A DNA stretch of 64,000 nt from the human T2T-CHM13v2.0 reference genome, Homo sapiens: assembly GCF_009914755.1 (NCBI RefSeq), contig NC_060932.1; one strand, given 5' to 3'. The notes under the pieces were generated by a model. It was not told the origin of the DNA, did not search any database, and worked only from the letters and a program-made list of their open reading frames with translations. The position numbers and the translations under genes were made by a program. Shown here in pieces: positions 16,746 to 31,733 of the stretch; position 1 is the stretch's first letter, and each line of letters starts with the position of its first letter.

Positions 16746-19700
16746 ATAATTATTCAGGTTTGGCAAGAACACCACCACCAATGATGGGGGCTCGTAGCCT
16801 TCCATGTCTACTACTTCCTGCTACTTCCATTACAGAACAGTCCCAGTAAGTGTTCAGGTGTCTGAGCTCTCCCTCTGTGCCAGGCACTGTCTGAAGTTCA
16901 TATGCTAAGGCCAGAGGAGGCATGAGTCTCCACCATAGTGCAGAGTAGTTAGCTTACAGCATACCCTTAGCTCCTCCCAAAATCTCCATATGCCAGCATT
17001 ATCCACATCATATGAATGAGCAAACTAGAGTTCAGAGAGATCAAGCAGCTTTCCTAAGGGTACAAAGCTAGGATGTCCCAGAGTCAAGAGGTGAACCCTG
17101 GCCCTCACACCCATTCACCGTGCCTCAGTCCTCTGGCAGCTCAGAACGCAGTTGCTGCCTCTTCTCCACGCAGCAGTGCTGGCACTGGCCTGGGCCTCTT
17201 CTGCGCTGAGCCAACCTGTCCACCTTCCTTCTACTTCTCCTCCAATGGCACTCGGAGGTGCCATCCTGACGACACTACTTTAGACCCACCTTGGTTTGAA
17301 AAGAAGCCTCCCCAGACAGGACCAGGAGTGGGAAAAAGGACCCCGTGCCATGCGAGCGCACAGGGGAGGGAGGAAAGAAGCACACGTCCTTTCAGAAGTT
17401 GACATCTGGTGACACCTCCAATAGACTCCTAGCATGGGGGGTCCCTGAATATGCCGAATGCTTTCTTAAGTCCAGAACTCTGCCCCATCGTGTGCCTACT
17501 ACTGGAAATGTCTTCCCCTACCTTCTCTGCCTGGCTGGATTTTCTAGAGCTTTTTAATACCCAGGTCCAGGGTATCTACTCAGATATGCAACCATCCCAG
17601 CCCTTGTTCTTAGGCTGGAAGCCCTCCCGCCATGCCTGCAAACACCTGCACATGCCTCCAGGACAGGCTCCAGCACTCTGCACCCAACTGTGTGAGCTGA
17701 TCTTTCTGTTTGTAGCTCTCACTGGGATGTGCATGTGAGGAGAACTGCATCACTGTCCTTTGGCAAAGTAAGTAGTCATTCTTCAGATAAATATTTATTG
17801 AGTGTCTCCTGTGTGTCAAGCTCTGTAGCAAGCACAAAAAAACACACCAGTGGGCAAACAGGCCAGTGACCGCTCTCCCAGGGCTCATGGTCTGACAGAG
17901 GAGGCAGAAATTAGGCAGAAAACTAGACACAAGACAACAAAGTATGTCATGACCAGGTCAGTCTGTCTTGGGTACACGACAGCACACGACAGACAAGTCT
18001 GGAGGGCCAGAGAAACTCCCCGGAGAGACCGCCATTCAGACACGGCCTGAGGGAGCAGGAGGGCTTGGGCAGGTTCAAAAGAGGGAGGGTGACTCTGTGC
18101 GACTAATTCTGGACTTGTTCTCCGCGTTCACACGTTCCCTGGCACAAGTAATGGATTTGACATTTCGCTCAAAACTCCTCACACACACGGCTGTTGCCAT
18201 CTTCTTCCTCTATAATAATCTATAGAACATAAAGATTTTAGATGTTTGCTGATAATTCTTTTGTTCTTGAAGCACATGGCACTAACCTAGTCTGGAAACA
18301 CAATTAAACTTTACAAATTTTCCTGATCTCTCACCTAAACTGCACTCCAGAAATTCAAACCGCCTGCTAGATACATTCTCTAGGGGTTTTGCCAGCACCT
18401 GACCCCAAAATGGAAGCTATCGCTTTCCCTTCCAAACCATTTACAGCACCAAGATCCTCCTGATGACCCAGGAACTTAACATTATATAAATATGCACCCA
18501 GTAGATTCATAAATGGCATTTTGTCTTTCTTTTTCGATCCAGTCAATCAATTCAGGATAGAATGGGATAAGAGAGGCCAGGCCACATGAAACCAGTGCAG
18601 AAAACCAATGGGGCCTGCTTGCTGGGGGCCAGGGCCCAAGGCCTCAAGAACATTGGAAGTGTGTGCCAACTTCTTTAAATGGCCTATCCCAGGGCTGCAG
18701 GGGTCCTGGCCAACCTCCCCGTGAACCGCCAATACAGCTGAGATACTGAGGCCCTGTAAGAGCCTCCCCTCCCAAGTGTCCTGTCAGACCATTTCTGAAA
18801 CACGGGCCCCAAGAACCAGCCGCCCCTTTGGGTCCTGCCCTGTGGCAGCTCAGCCCACCCCGCGGAGGAAGCAGCAGAGGGCTCTCAGGCTCATCTCCGG
18901 CTGCAATGGCACATAACAGCAACATCGTGGGATGGGCACCCAGGAATCCCCTCTCACGGCTGCTCTCCTTCCCCGCTCTTCACCCCTGTGCCCTAGTTAC
19001 CCGCCTGCACACACCACTCCCTCTGCCAGGAATGCCCCGCTCACTTTCCCAAATACAGAAACTCTATGCGTCCTTCACAAGCCAACTTGGAGGCTCCTTT
19101 CCTGTGATGCCTTCCCATCCCACATCACTGCTCTGGGCTCCAACACACACGCCTCTAGTGGAACACCATCCAGGTACCAAGCAGCTCATTCTTCCACCAA
19201 ACGGTCAAAAACGGAAGGCAGGGACCAGACCTTGCCTTTGAACCTCACCACCTTGGGAGGCAGGGTGTGTGCTAGTTACAAACCCCAGCTTCAGGACAAA
19301 GGGCCCTGGGTTCAGATCCTGGCTCCGGCCGGCTATCCTTCGATAAGTTACCAAAGTTCTGTGTATCTTAGTTTACTCATCTATAAAATGGGTCGTCATG
19401 CAGAATCAACAAGTTGACGGAAGTCAAATGCTTACAATAGTGCCCAGCTTAGAATAAGTACTCAACCAATGCTAGTTATTCCTCCCACTCCTCAAGCCCC
19501 AGTTTCCTTCTCCTAACCGGACAATCTTCACAACCCTTTATCAGAGCTGTGTGGACGAAGTGATTCCTGAGAGTGTCTAACCCTGTCCCTGGCATTCAGT
19601 GAGTGCACGTTAGGGTTAGCTGCCATCAGCACCCCTTCCCATGCAATGGCTCACAGGGCCTGGCCACCAGCAGGCACTCAACAGTGCATGAGGCAGAACA

Positions 19701-22700
19701 CACACGTGTGCCCAGACATCACGCTTAGAACAGACGGAAAAGAGCTATGTGAAAAAAGCGGAATACCACAGTGAATATACGATTAATTCCAACTACATGA
19801 AAACACTGACATCGAAAAAGAAAACGAAGACCTGCCTATCTGCTCTTATTGGTTGTCCTTGAGTCATGAGATCATGGGTAGTTTCAAATTGTTTTATATT
19901 TTTTTGAATTTTTGACGATAAGTATACATTACGCTTTTATAAACAAACATATACACGCTCACACCTATACACACACATGCACGGATATAAAACCATGCTA
20001 ACATTTCACTCGAGTCGAAGCTCACCACCCTACCACCACCCTCCAATTTAGTATAGAGAGAAGCCCCACGGATCTGGCCTGCAAATCCACGTGCAAGACT
20101 GATCTTGCTAAGGCCCGTGGCTCGAGAGTGAAGTGGGTTCTGAGCCAATGGTGATGCTTTCTATGGTGTCCTACAAGAGGGCCAGGGAATCATGTGAACT
20201 GGTGAGAAGGACAACAATCAAATGGGGCATGTTTATCACTGTTGAAGTCCCCAGACTCAACTCTGCCAGCTGAATAAAGTTCTCTGAGGTGGTGGATGAA
20301 CTCTGTCGCAGCCATGCAAATTGGAAGGTGATCAAATGCCTAGAAAAAATTTGCCCAGGCTAATGAAAACCACTAGTGCAAACTAATTAGGTAAGTTCTA
20401 CCTCTCCTTTCTACTACCTGTGCTAACATAGCATGGAAGGGCCACTCTGGAGGAAGGAGGAAGGAGAACACAAGACAATAACTGAAACAACCATCTATTA
20501 AGTCCTATCTTCTGACTTCACATTACAGCTACATTGTCCACATGTGTATTAAAGAGGCAACTAAAAGTCAGAGAGTTTAAGCAACTTACCCAAAGCCCAA
20601 CAGCTAATAAGTAACAGAACCAAGAGTCAGATCCAGCACTGGCAAAGACCAATCTGCCTCTCACCCCTTATCTGAACCCATGAACCCAACCAGCATCATC
20701 ACCAGGCGGAAAGCACACACAAGGAGAGGCTCATGAAGGTGAAGGGAGAGAGTACTTTGAAAAGATATGGCAGAAAAGAAAATATAATGGCCAAGCACAT
20801 GAGCTCTCGGGTCAGACACACGTGAATCTGGGTCCTAATACTGCCATCTTACTAGCTCTTTGAACATGGGCAGTCACATGTCCTCTGTCATCCCAAGACG
20901 CCCTGTCAGTACATGGAGACCATGTTAGAGGTGATGTGGAGACAGAATGAGACAGCATAAGGACTTTCTGCGGCACCTGGCACACAGAACCCGCCTAGGT
21001 CATGTGCATGAAAGTCCTCTGTCTGCTCTGCAGCACTGTGATGAGACTTGGTTTTTACATTCTATTGCTGCCCATTTCATTCATTCAATGGACACTTACT
21101 GCACAGCCTTAAAATATCCTCATGGCAGGCGCTATGCTAGGTTCTGGGGACAGAGATAAAGAAGATGTAGCCCCTGCCCTCTGGGGAGGTTGTCTCTGAT
21201 TGTAGGAAGAAATGGTATCGGGGCTACAGGAGAAGCCCCTGAAAGCTGGGACCAGATGAGAGATCAGGCTTCTCTCTATCTGAAAATTTCTGTAAAGTTT
21301 ATAATACCATTACACATAGAACAGGTTCAACAACTGCTTGCTGAATTAATTGCCCAAGCCAGGGTAGCATATAACTGAAATAAGACTTGCTGTCCTAGTA
21401 GCTGGAAGTAAAAGGTGAACCTGCTAGGGTCCCAGACCTCTATAAAATATCTCATTCTTTCAGCTCTCAGTCTAGCATATCAGGAGTGTACAACTAAATT
21501 CAAAAACTATAATTATAGCACTATTCTTGCCTGTTGGGATGGCTTTTCTTTTCTTAAACGTGCTTCAACTGAGAGACGAACCCTGTCAAAATGGACTGTG
21601 AATGCCCGCCCACCAGGCTTCCCCATAGTCATGGCTGCAGGATGCGTCAGACACCCAGATCAGGAGGAGTGGCTTGTAATGGAGACATGAAACTAAAGAA
21701 ATACCACCTGCCCAACACAACCTGGAAGGAAGAGAAGGGGGAGGAGACAAACATTTAGCATACTAGTTACTGTTACTTAAATCACCATCACCAGCCATCT
21801 AAGCTCTATGGAGTACTCCCGTAAAACAGGTACTAAGACCTGTACGTCTATTGTCTCATTAAATCCACACACTGATTCTCTGAATAGGTCCTGCTATCAC
21901 ACCCATTTTAGGGAAGCTACTCAGGCCATGCAGAAGTGGGTATAGCCAGGATTCAACACTCTGCTCTACAACCTACCCCTTAGTAAGTTCACTGGCTTAA
22001 TCCTGAAAGCCTGTGAAATCATGCTGTAGTTCTATTTTAAGAAGTGCACTTTTTTCCTCATTTTTTTTACAGAGACGTGACATACCAAAGACCCCAAACA
22101 ACTAAGTGGGAGTTTGATTTTCAGGAGCTCCCAAGTGGCAGGCCAGACACCTTCATCCCCTCAGCCCTCCCTGAGTTCTTTATTTCCCATCCATGCTCCC
22201 GAGGCGTTGAACATGACAGGTCTCACAGAACTGATTAAAAGGCATTTCACTTTGTCTTAAGATCAGCTTATTTTGTAAACTTCTCCAGCGTGACCCTAGA
22301 AATGTGTAAAATGCTGAACCGTACCAGAAAGCCGCTGCAATTGTGTATACGGTGGGGGGGGGCAGCAAGTTGAATGACTTTTAGTCATTCAGGAATTTCA
22401 ATGTCTTTCTAGGAGACACACCAGTAAATTCACTCACTGTGGTTAGTCAACATGCAGTAGAAATAATACAGGATGTGCAGTTGGAATTCAGTTCAATTCA
22501 GTGCACATGTCTGCCTCCTACACTGAGCCGTGAGCTCCTCAGGACAGGGTTCATGCATTATTCATGTGCCTGCACGGTGACTGGCATGTCAATGTGATGT
22601 AAATGTTTGATTGTTGAATAATACAAAGCCAAGTGAGGTAAGTGTTATTGTAACAGAATATAAGCAAGGCAATGGACGGTAGAAGTGGCATAATTAATTC

Positions 22701-24123
22701 TACTTGAAGGGCTCGGGAAAGCTTTCAGGAGGTGGCAGTGGACGGAACTGCAAATGAGGGACAGACTTGGGGATGCACAGAGGACATCTGGGAGTGAGCA
22801 AAGTTCCAAATACATAAAAGTGTGTTCAAAGACAGCTGCAGCACAAGGGCTGTGGCAGAACATTCTGCACTCCCCAGGGCAGAGCCCTCGGTAGCACTCA
22901 GCCCGGTGTCCCCAGTGCCCGATACGATGGCCACCATGTAGGAAGTGCTCAGTATGGGCTGCTGAGGAGTCCAGCAAAGGCAAGAGCAGCTGGCAGCCAT
23001 GAAGACAGACAGGTGAGCACCAGAGGGAGCAACCACTCCAAAAAAGAGCAGAGAGGACGATCCCTCTGCTGCCCCCGCCCTGCCCACTGCTTTCACGGGA
23101 CACCTTGCACCTGTTTACCATTGAGCCTCCCATTACTCTCAGAGCTCCGGGAGGACAGGGATGACTGTGGTCCTGCTCCCCAAGGCACAACACCTGAAGC
23201 ACAGTGGGTACTGGGGAAATGTGCAAGAAAGAAAGGGAAGGAAAAAGGCGGGCAGCCAGCCATGGGATGGATTTCCCTGAACGCTGGGCTAAGAAACTAG
23301 GGATAGGAAAATAATTTCAACACGTTTTAGAAAGGTGACAAATGAGTTGACATTTTTATAAGGTGACAATGGCAGCAGCATCAAAGATAACAGTACCTTA
23401 CAGGAGGAACTAGGATTTACCAAGCTCTAACTAATGCCAGGTACTGTATTAAGTGCCTTGCATGTAGTATAACAACCAGAAGAGCTATGGAGTGCCAGCT
23501 CCACTAGGAGGGGACAATGGTCACAGACACAAGTAACTTGGTCCAGGTCACCCAGCCAGTAGGTGGCAAAGCCAGGACTCTAATAAAAGTCCATCTGATC
23601 CTAAATATTATAACGTTGACCATCATAAGTAACTTGAAAATTGAGGGAGGCCTGACCTAGGGGCTTCCGACTAGTCTGCTGGCCTGGCTACCCGGAGCCG
23701 GCTGCCGCAGCTGTCCTCAGCTCCATCTCTACCTCTGTCCACGCCGAGATATGCAAGTGGGACTTGATGTGAAAACTGAAGCAGAGATCAGAGGAACTGA
23801 ATCCTTTCCCCCGCTCCCCAAGACACTCCACTCTATGACAATACCAAGAAGTAGAAGCCACTTTTCTCCGAGACTGATTTCTAAAATTTTGCCCTGCCTT
23901 GCCGTGATTATTTTTAAGAAAAGAATTATGTAAAAATAGCCTAATAAAAGCACCTCAGAAACAGACCAGACCAGAAAGTTAGAAAGCCCAGCAGGGTGGG
24001 TAGCTCTCATATGGCACTTCAGCCAGCTCATTACCGAACCCCTCGGGTCCTGAGAATTGCACGAGTAACAGGTTTCCCTTTGTCAGCAGGAGCCAATCGT
24101 CTCCTCCCCGTCAGCGCTGCCTG

Positions 24124-24210
24124 TGGCCTCCCAAGGTGCTTCTCGCACTCTTGCCTTTCCCGGGTGCTCCCCATGGCCTCCCAAGGTGCTTCTCACACTC
24201 TTGCTTTCCC
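24124..24210. repeat. Short tandem duplication, period 50 bp (~1.7 copies)
   Basis: tggcctcccaaggtgcttctc(g/a)cactcttgc at 24124 and 24174. Confidence 0.9.
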
Positions 24211-24390
24211 AGCTTCCTTCCATGTGTTATGAGCAGGCCTTATGCTGACTCTACTAAATGGCTTCTGGTTTGGATTTGCTATGGTTTTAATGAAAGTATA
24301 CCTTTATTCACCCGGGGAATTGTTACATTTCACCATCCCAGAAAGTCTGAGAACAAGGGGAAAGCTAAGACAGTTTCTGAATCATCCTAG

Positions 24391-24488
24391 AAAAAAAAGG
24401 GGGCGGGGGAAAGACGAGAGAGAGAGGAGGGGGAGGGGGAAGGGAGAGAGAGAGAGCGGAGGGGGAGGGCAGGGGAGAGAGAGAGATG
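24391..24488. repeat. GA-rich purine tract with G-runs (polypyrimidine tract on the transcribed strand)
   Basis: aaaaaaaagggggcgggggaaagacgagagagag...gggagagagagaga. Confidence 0.9.
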
Positions 24489-26007
24489 GAGCCAGGAAAT
24501 GTAGACAAAGGCACCTGACTTCCTCAAGCGGGGCATGCATTTGCTTATTTCAAGTCAGCCTTAACAATTTGGATGTTCTGGTTTTCCAGGCCCTGGCAGA
24601 CCAAGGAAGCCAAACCATCAGTCTTGGGACTGCAACTAAACAGCTACTCCTACCCTACCCACCCTATGCTAAGCACTGTGTTAGGTCCTCCAGAGACAGG
24701 AGCGTGTGTTCTGGGATGACCACGTGAGAGAGGGACTGGATCCTGGTAAGTATCCAGACGAGAACACCAAGCCTCTAGCACTCAGTCAACTTGCTCAAGA
24801 CAAGTCATAAAGCTAAACAATACGAGACGCCAAAACCCGTGTTCTCGTCATCACGCCAGCTGAACAGAGACTGTGCTGGACAACCCGCAGCGACAGAGGC
24901 AACGAGCAACAGCAACACCCACGAAAGGGAGAGGAAAACCACACAGAAACCAGGAGGGCAACAGGCCGGCCTATTCCACATACACAGAAGCAGCACAGTG
25001 CAAGAAGAGATTCGACACTGCCACCCCAGGCCGCGCCCAGGCCAGTAACTGAAGAATGTTCAAAGTCCCACCTTCAGAATGTTACTATTTCCAAGCATAA
25101 GGTATGCTCAGAAGATGTCTAACCACACTGCTTATTTGTGTATTAAGTTCTGTAGCTTAAGAGTGACGTATTCAAATAACAAGCAAATCCACACACATGG
25201 GAACAGCTTATTCCCCTCTGATGCCAAACAACCAAGGTATTTATAGCTAAGAAATAAGAGAGGAAATTCACAGTGCAGAGATGATTTTTCTATAGCCACA
25301 GCACTATGGAAAGCTGAATAGCTTGGTCGTCCGATTTAATATGTGTTTGCACCTCAAAAGTGGGCCTGTTTTCCCCATCCTTCCTGTGGCACAGAACTGG
25401 GTGTCTGAAGGGGCTCTGCAGAATCCTACACAGTAATATGCTGCAGGAATAACAAGAGAGCCATCGATTAACAGTGGAACATCTGTCACCAATTTCTTTC
25501 CCCTGTGAAATTTCATTTCAGAAATAATAGTCATTATTTAAATGCTAGCATTTAGGTAAGGGCTATCAGGTGAAATTGGTTACTTTACGTTGATAATAAC
25601 AGAGGAATTACTGCCGCTGTGAACTTGAGACATGTAAGAAGCCATTAATATTAGCTCCTAACTCCAGGGATGCTGTGGTACAACATTCATGAGAAAAGCA
25701 ATAAAGAGAATCTCGCCTCAAAACATTTATGAATTTTTAATTATAACAATACGGAGCCATCATTTTTTGTTAAAATATTAAACAGAAGAATGAAGAAATT
25801 AAGCGGTGTGAACGTGCATTTATGTATACAGGTATGTATATGTTTCTATTTGTATCACACTCATATACACATATCTGTGAACATTTCTGGAAAAGCTAAT
25901 ATAGTCAATGTTTCTTAATTTCAGCTTTATTACAATGAAATCTATGACTAAGCAAAAGCAAGAGTTCACCTCTTTCACAATCTACACATAAAAACTTGCT
26001 TACAAGT

Positions 26008-26390
<383 letters not shown>

Positions 26391-26410
26391 TTATAAACAC
26401 TCATCTCTGT

Positions 26411-26716
<306 letters not shown>

Positions 26717-27411
26717 TCATCTCTGTGTTAGGAATTTGTGAACACAGGGACACACTCACCCCATAAAAGCCCCAACGACAGTCTAGACCCCTGAGAGACC
26801 CACAAAGGTCTGTCTGACCCTTAAAATCATGGATCTTTACCATAAACTTAAAATGCAGGGGATTTTAAAGGGAGTCTGTAATAGTAAGAATTAAAATAAG
26901 TCAGGAAAGCAAAGAAGATGAGAGGAGAAAACAAAGCAAGAAACTTCTTTATCTGAAGATTGATGTCTGAAGAAAAAGCGGTTTATTCTGAGGGAGTGAA
27001 GATGTGTGCAGAGACTAGAGGGGGCCCCTCATGGGACTCTTGGTGCCTCCCAGGTGTCAGGGATGGAAGGAAAAGGAAAAGGGGAAGGACAATTTGTAGG
27101 GTCCACAGGCAGGCTCCTGCAGGCACCAGGCACCGGCATGCAAACGTGGTCTGCAGAAATGATGCACACACCAAGAACAACTGCTATCTGTAAAGCAAAC
27201 AAGCTCGACGTTGTCCCAAGAGCTTTCCCCATCCTGCGTTAACATTTCACGCTCACCACAACCCTATGCAGCGGGTAAGAGTGTCAATACTACGTAAGCA
27301 CTCACTATGCGGCAAGCATTGCTCTTAGTTCTTAGCTGCTAAGGATGCAGCAGTGAAATAAACAGACGACCACCACCGCCCACCCAAAAAGACCTCTTAC
27401 ACTTCGTGTGA

Positions 27412-27802
<391 letters not shown>

Positions 27803-27992
27803 GAGTAAAAGCTATTCGTAGTACTGAGATATAAAATAACTCTATCGAAGTACAAAGAGAATCATATGGGAACCCAAAGAAGGGGGTTTTTCATCTCGTG
27901 TGGCAAAATTTTATACAGCAGACATTTTAGAGACAGTTAAAGAAGCTAAGCTCAATGGGCTCAGAATAAGGATAACTTAAAAATAAAAATCA

Positions 27993-28133
27993 ATCCACAA
28001 CCAAGTCCTATGCTGTCTCCTATAGTTAACATCCACAACCAAGTCCTATGCTGTCTCCTATAGTTAAAATCCACAACCAAATCCTATACTTTCTCCTATA
28101 GTTAACATCCATAACCGAGTCCTATACTGTCTC
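27993..28133. repeat. Minisatellite, 38-bp unit x ~3.7
   Basis: atccacaaccaagtcctatgctgtctcctatagttaac at 27993, 28031, 28069 and 28107 (partial). Confidence 0.95.
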
Positions 28134-29133
28134 TGCTCCGCCTCCCTCACCCTCCCCACCACCAGAGGCTTCTGCTCATACTCCCATGTCCTCTGAGCAG
28201 GTCCTCTGTTCATTCATGCTGGCAGCTTTTGGTGCTGTAGGACTAAAGTGACAGGAATTACTCCCTTTGTGTATTTTGGAAACAGATGGTTTGTTTTCAT
28301 TAATGTAATTCCACATGTAAATGTACCGCAGCTTGGAACAAGAATTAAAAAAGAATGATAGCTTTCATTTTTCACGTGTAACCCTGTTGTTTTGAAAATG
28401 GCTCTGCCATGCCGTCTATTTACGTTTATCATGATTACAGGTAAAGTCACAAGAGCTGGGAAGGAGGAGGCCTTTGTTTTTGTGCCGGCTCCTCGTGCAG
28501 CTGACCTGTGACCTGAGGCTGGCCACCCACCTCTTCTGCTTTCACTTTCCCTGTGCATAAAGCCAGGGTGGCCCTATGTGCCCTGCGCATCCTCAGACTG
28601 ACTGGGGACCCGACTGGAGAGAACCACAGAAAACCACACAATAACAAAGACAGACGAGGTGTAGGCAAGGCATGACGGGCGACTACACTTGAGGGCTGGG
28701 GAGAGAAGACGACCATGTTGACGGTCTCGGCATGAACCACCGCCAAAAGCATCTCCCTTGGAATTCTGTCCCGCTGCCACAGTGCTCCCCACCTTCTACA
28801 TCATCGCTTGGAAGTGCTCACTAGGCCGACCAGGTAAATGGAAAGTGTGGCTTGCCCCGGGGCTGGGGCAGGGATTGGCTGGGAAGGAACATGTGGGAAT
28901 TTTCTGGGGTGGCGGAAACGTTCTATATCCTGATAAGGTTTTGCGTTAGACAGATCCATGTATTTCTAAACCTCACTAAACGGTACACGAGATTTGCACA
29001 TGTCACTGTACATGTATTTTACCAAAAAAAAGTGAACTCTAGTTAATGGTACATGTGCTACAGCATTTAGGGGTAAAATATACTGAAAACTGCAACTTAC
29101 TTTAAACTGCATTAAAAAAAATAAGATGGATTT

Positions 29134-29651
<518 letters not shown>

Positions 29652-29677
29652 TCAGAGGCATAAGGAACACCAAGGAT

Positions 29678-29971
29678 GGTCGGGCACGGTCGCTCGTGCC
29701 TGTAATCCCAGCACTTTGGAAGGCCAAGGTGGATGGATCACTTGAGGTCAGGAGTTCAAGACCAGCCTGGTCAACTTGGTGAAAGTACATCTCTACTAAA
29801 AATACAAAAAATTAGCCAGGCATGGTGGCAGGCACCTGTAATCCCAGTTACTCAGGAGGCTGAGGCAGGAGAATCTCTTGAACCTGGGAGGCGGAGGTTG
29901 CAGCAAGCCAAGACCATGCCACTGCACTCCAGCCTGGGCAACAGAGCGAGACTCCATCTCAAAAAAAAAAA
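29678..29971 (+). mobile_element. Alu (AluS-like)
   Basis: Full dimer with A-tail. Confidence 0.92.
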
Positions 29972-31733
29972 GAGAAACACCAAAGGCTAAGGTAGCCTAG
30001 AAAGGTGGGACAGAAGCTGGACCTTGAGATGAGACCTCAGATGACCAAGAAGCAGAGGAAGGCCTCTCCGGGAAGGGGGCGGTGTCTAAGGTAGAGCAGC
30101 AGAGGCAGTGACCTGCACAGAGCAGGCGTGGAGAGGGGAGCATCTAAGGCAGAGCCGTGCCGCACATTCAAAATCGCACAGTGGTTCCCACACGCTTGTC
30201 TACGTCCTCCACTCAGCCAACAGGAGAGAAAGGCATGCTCCCATCAGCCTCATTCTCGAAATGCAGCTGATAGGGCCATGCCACCAAATGTCTTTCCGTC
30301 ACCAATTACTCGGTACTGAGCACCTGCTATGTACCAGGCCCTGGAAATAGAAGAGAAAACCCAGTCACTGCCTTGGAGAGACCATACCCTGATTAGAGAA
30401 AGAGACCAATAAAGAAGCCATCACCATACACAGTGGCAAGACCTCCTGTGGCACTAAGTCAGAGCAGCCTGAGGCAGCAAAGGAGACCCAGGAGCCCAGG
30501 CTTAGGCAGGCTTTCCAGAAAGGGCAGCCAAGCCAGAGCCCAGAGGATAAATGCTCCGGAGCTGAGGAGGCAGGAGGGGTGGGAGAAGTCAGCATGGCGT
30601 GCCCGGGGAGGAAAGGGTGTGTCTATGGCAGATGGCAGGAGCATCCAGGAAGCCAAAATTAGCTCCTGACAGCAATGCGACTCCAGCTGAAGAGGAGAGG
30701 TGGCCATAGATGAAGCCAAGCATGGGGCAGAGGCTGGGCCACAGAGGGCCGCGGGGGCCAGGGCGACAGCAGCCACTCATGGATTTCTGAAGACAGAAGC
30801 AGGTGAAGACTTTTGCTTCAGAAAGAAAGGGGGATTTTGTAATGAATAATGGGCACACGATTACCACAGAGTTTATTTGAGGTAAGGAAAAAATGTTTTC
30901 CAGTTGCTAAGCTGGGAGGGCAAGTTGAATTACAGGAGATGTGAGAAAAGTTTGCCACGTAGACTGTAATTTTCTGTTATTCAATATTAGCTTGCTTGTT
31001 CAAGTATCAACCAAACTCTATAACCAATTAATTAAGTTCAGAGTACCAGATGAAGGATTTTATGCCAGAGAAGCACCTTCTACCTCACCCAAATTGGTCC
31101 CAAAAGGAGGGTGGGTAGGAAAGCATGAAATTAAGGTAGTATCATTAAATTTCTCAAAGACTATACAAAGTTTTTAAAATAAGACACAAATAAACAACAT
31201 TTTTAAAAGAAAAAATGATTAAATGAACCACATTAAAGTTAAGAACTTCTGTTCATCCAAAGCCACCACTAAGAGGTAAAGGCAAACAAATCATAGTATG
31301 GGAGAGGATGGTCACGCCACGCGTCCAACAAAGAGCTCACACCAAGGGTATACATAAAGAAGTCCTCCAAGTCAGGAGAGATGGGGAAGGGGAGGGAGAA
31401 ACAGAGATAGAGACAGAGAGAGAGAAGACAACCAATGGGGGAAAAAAGGGCAAAGTCCTCATACAAAAGAGGATATACGAGTGGCCAGAACATTGGAAAA
31501 GTGCTCAACTTCACCAATCATCAGGGAAAAGCAAATTGAAACCCGAACGCTACACCATTATATACCTCACTCTCACCACTCTCATCTCAAGAATGAATAA
31601 CATGAGTGCAAACACCAAGTAAAGGCAGGTGAAATGAATCTATGCCATTAGAAGTCAAACAGTGGTAGCCTTAGGCAGAGAAGTGGCTAGACATCTGATG
31701 CACAAAACTTCAATCCTCATGACAACTCTACAA

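Noticed and set aside
27993-28133. CRISPR-like periodicity
   Set aside because: Head-to-tail tandem units with no unique spacers, in a mammalian intron.
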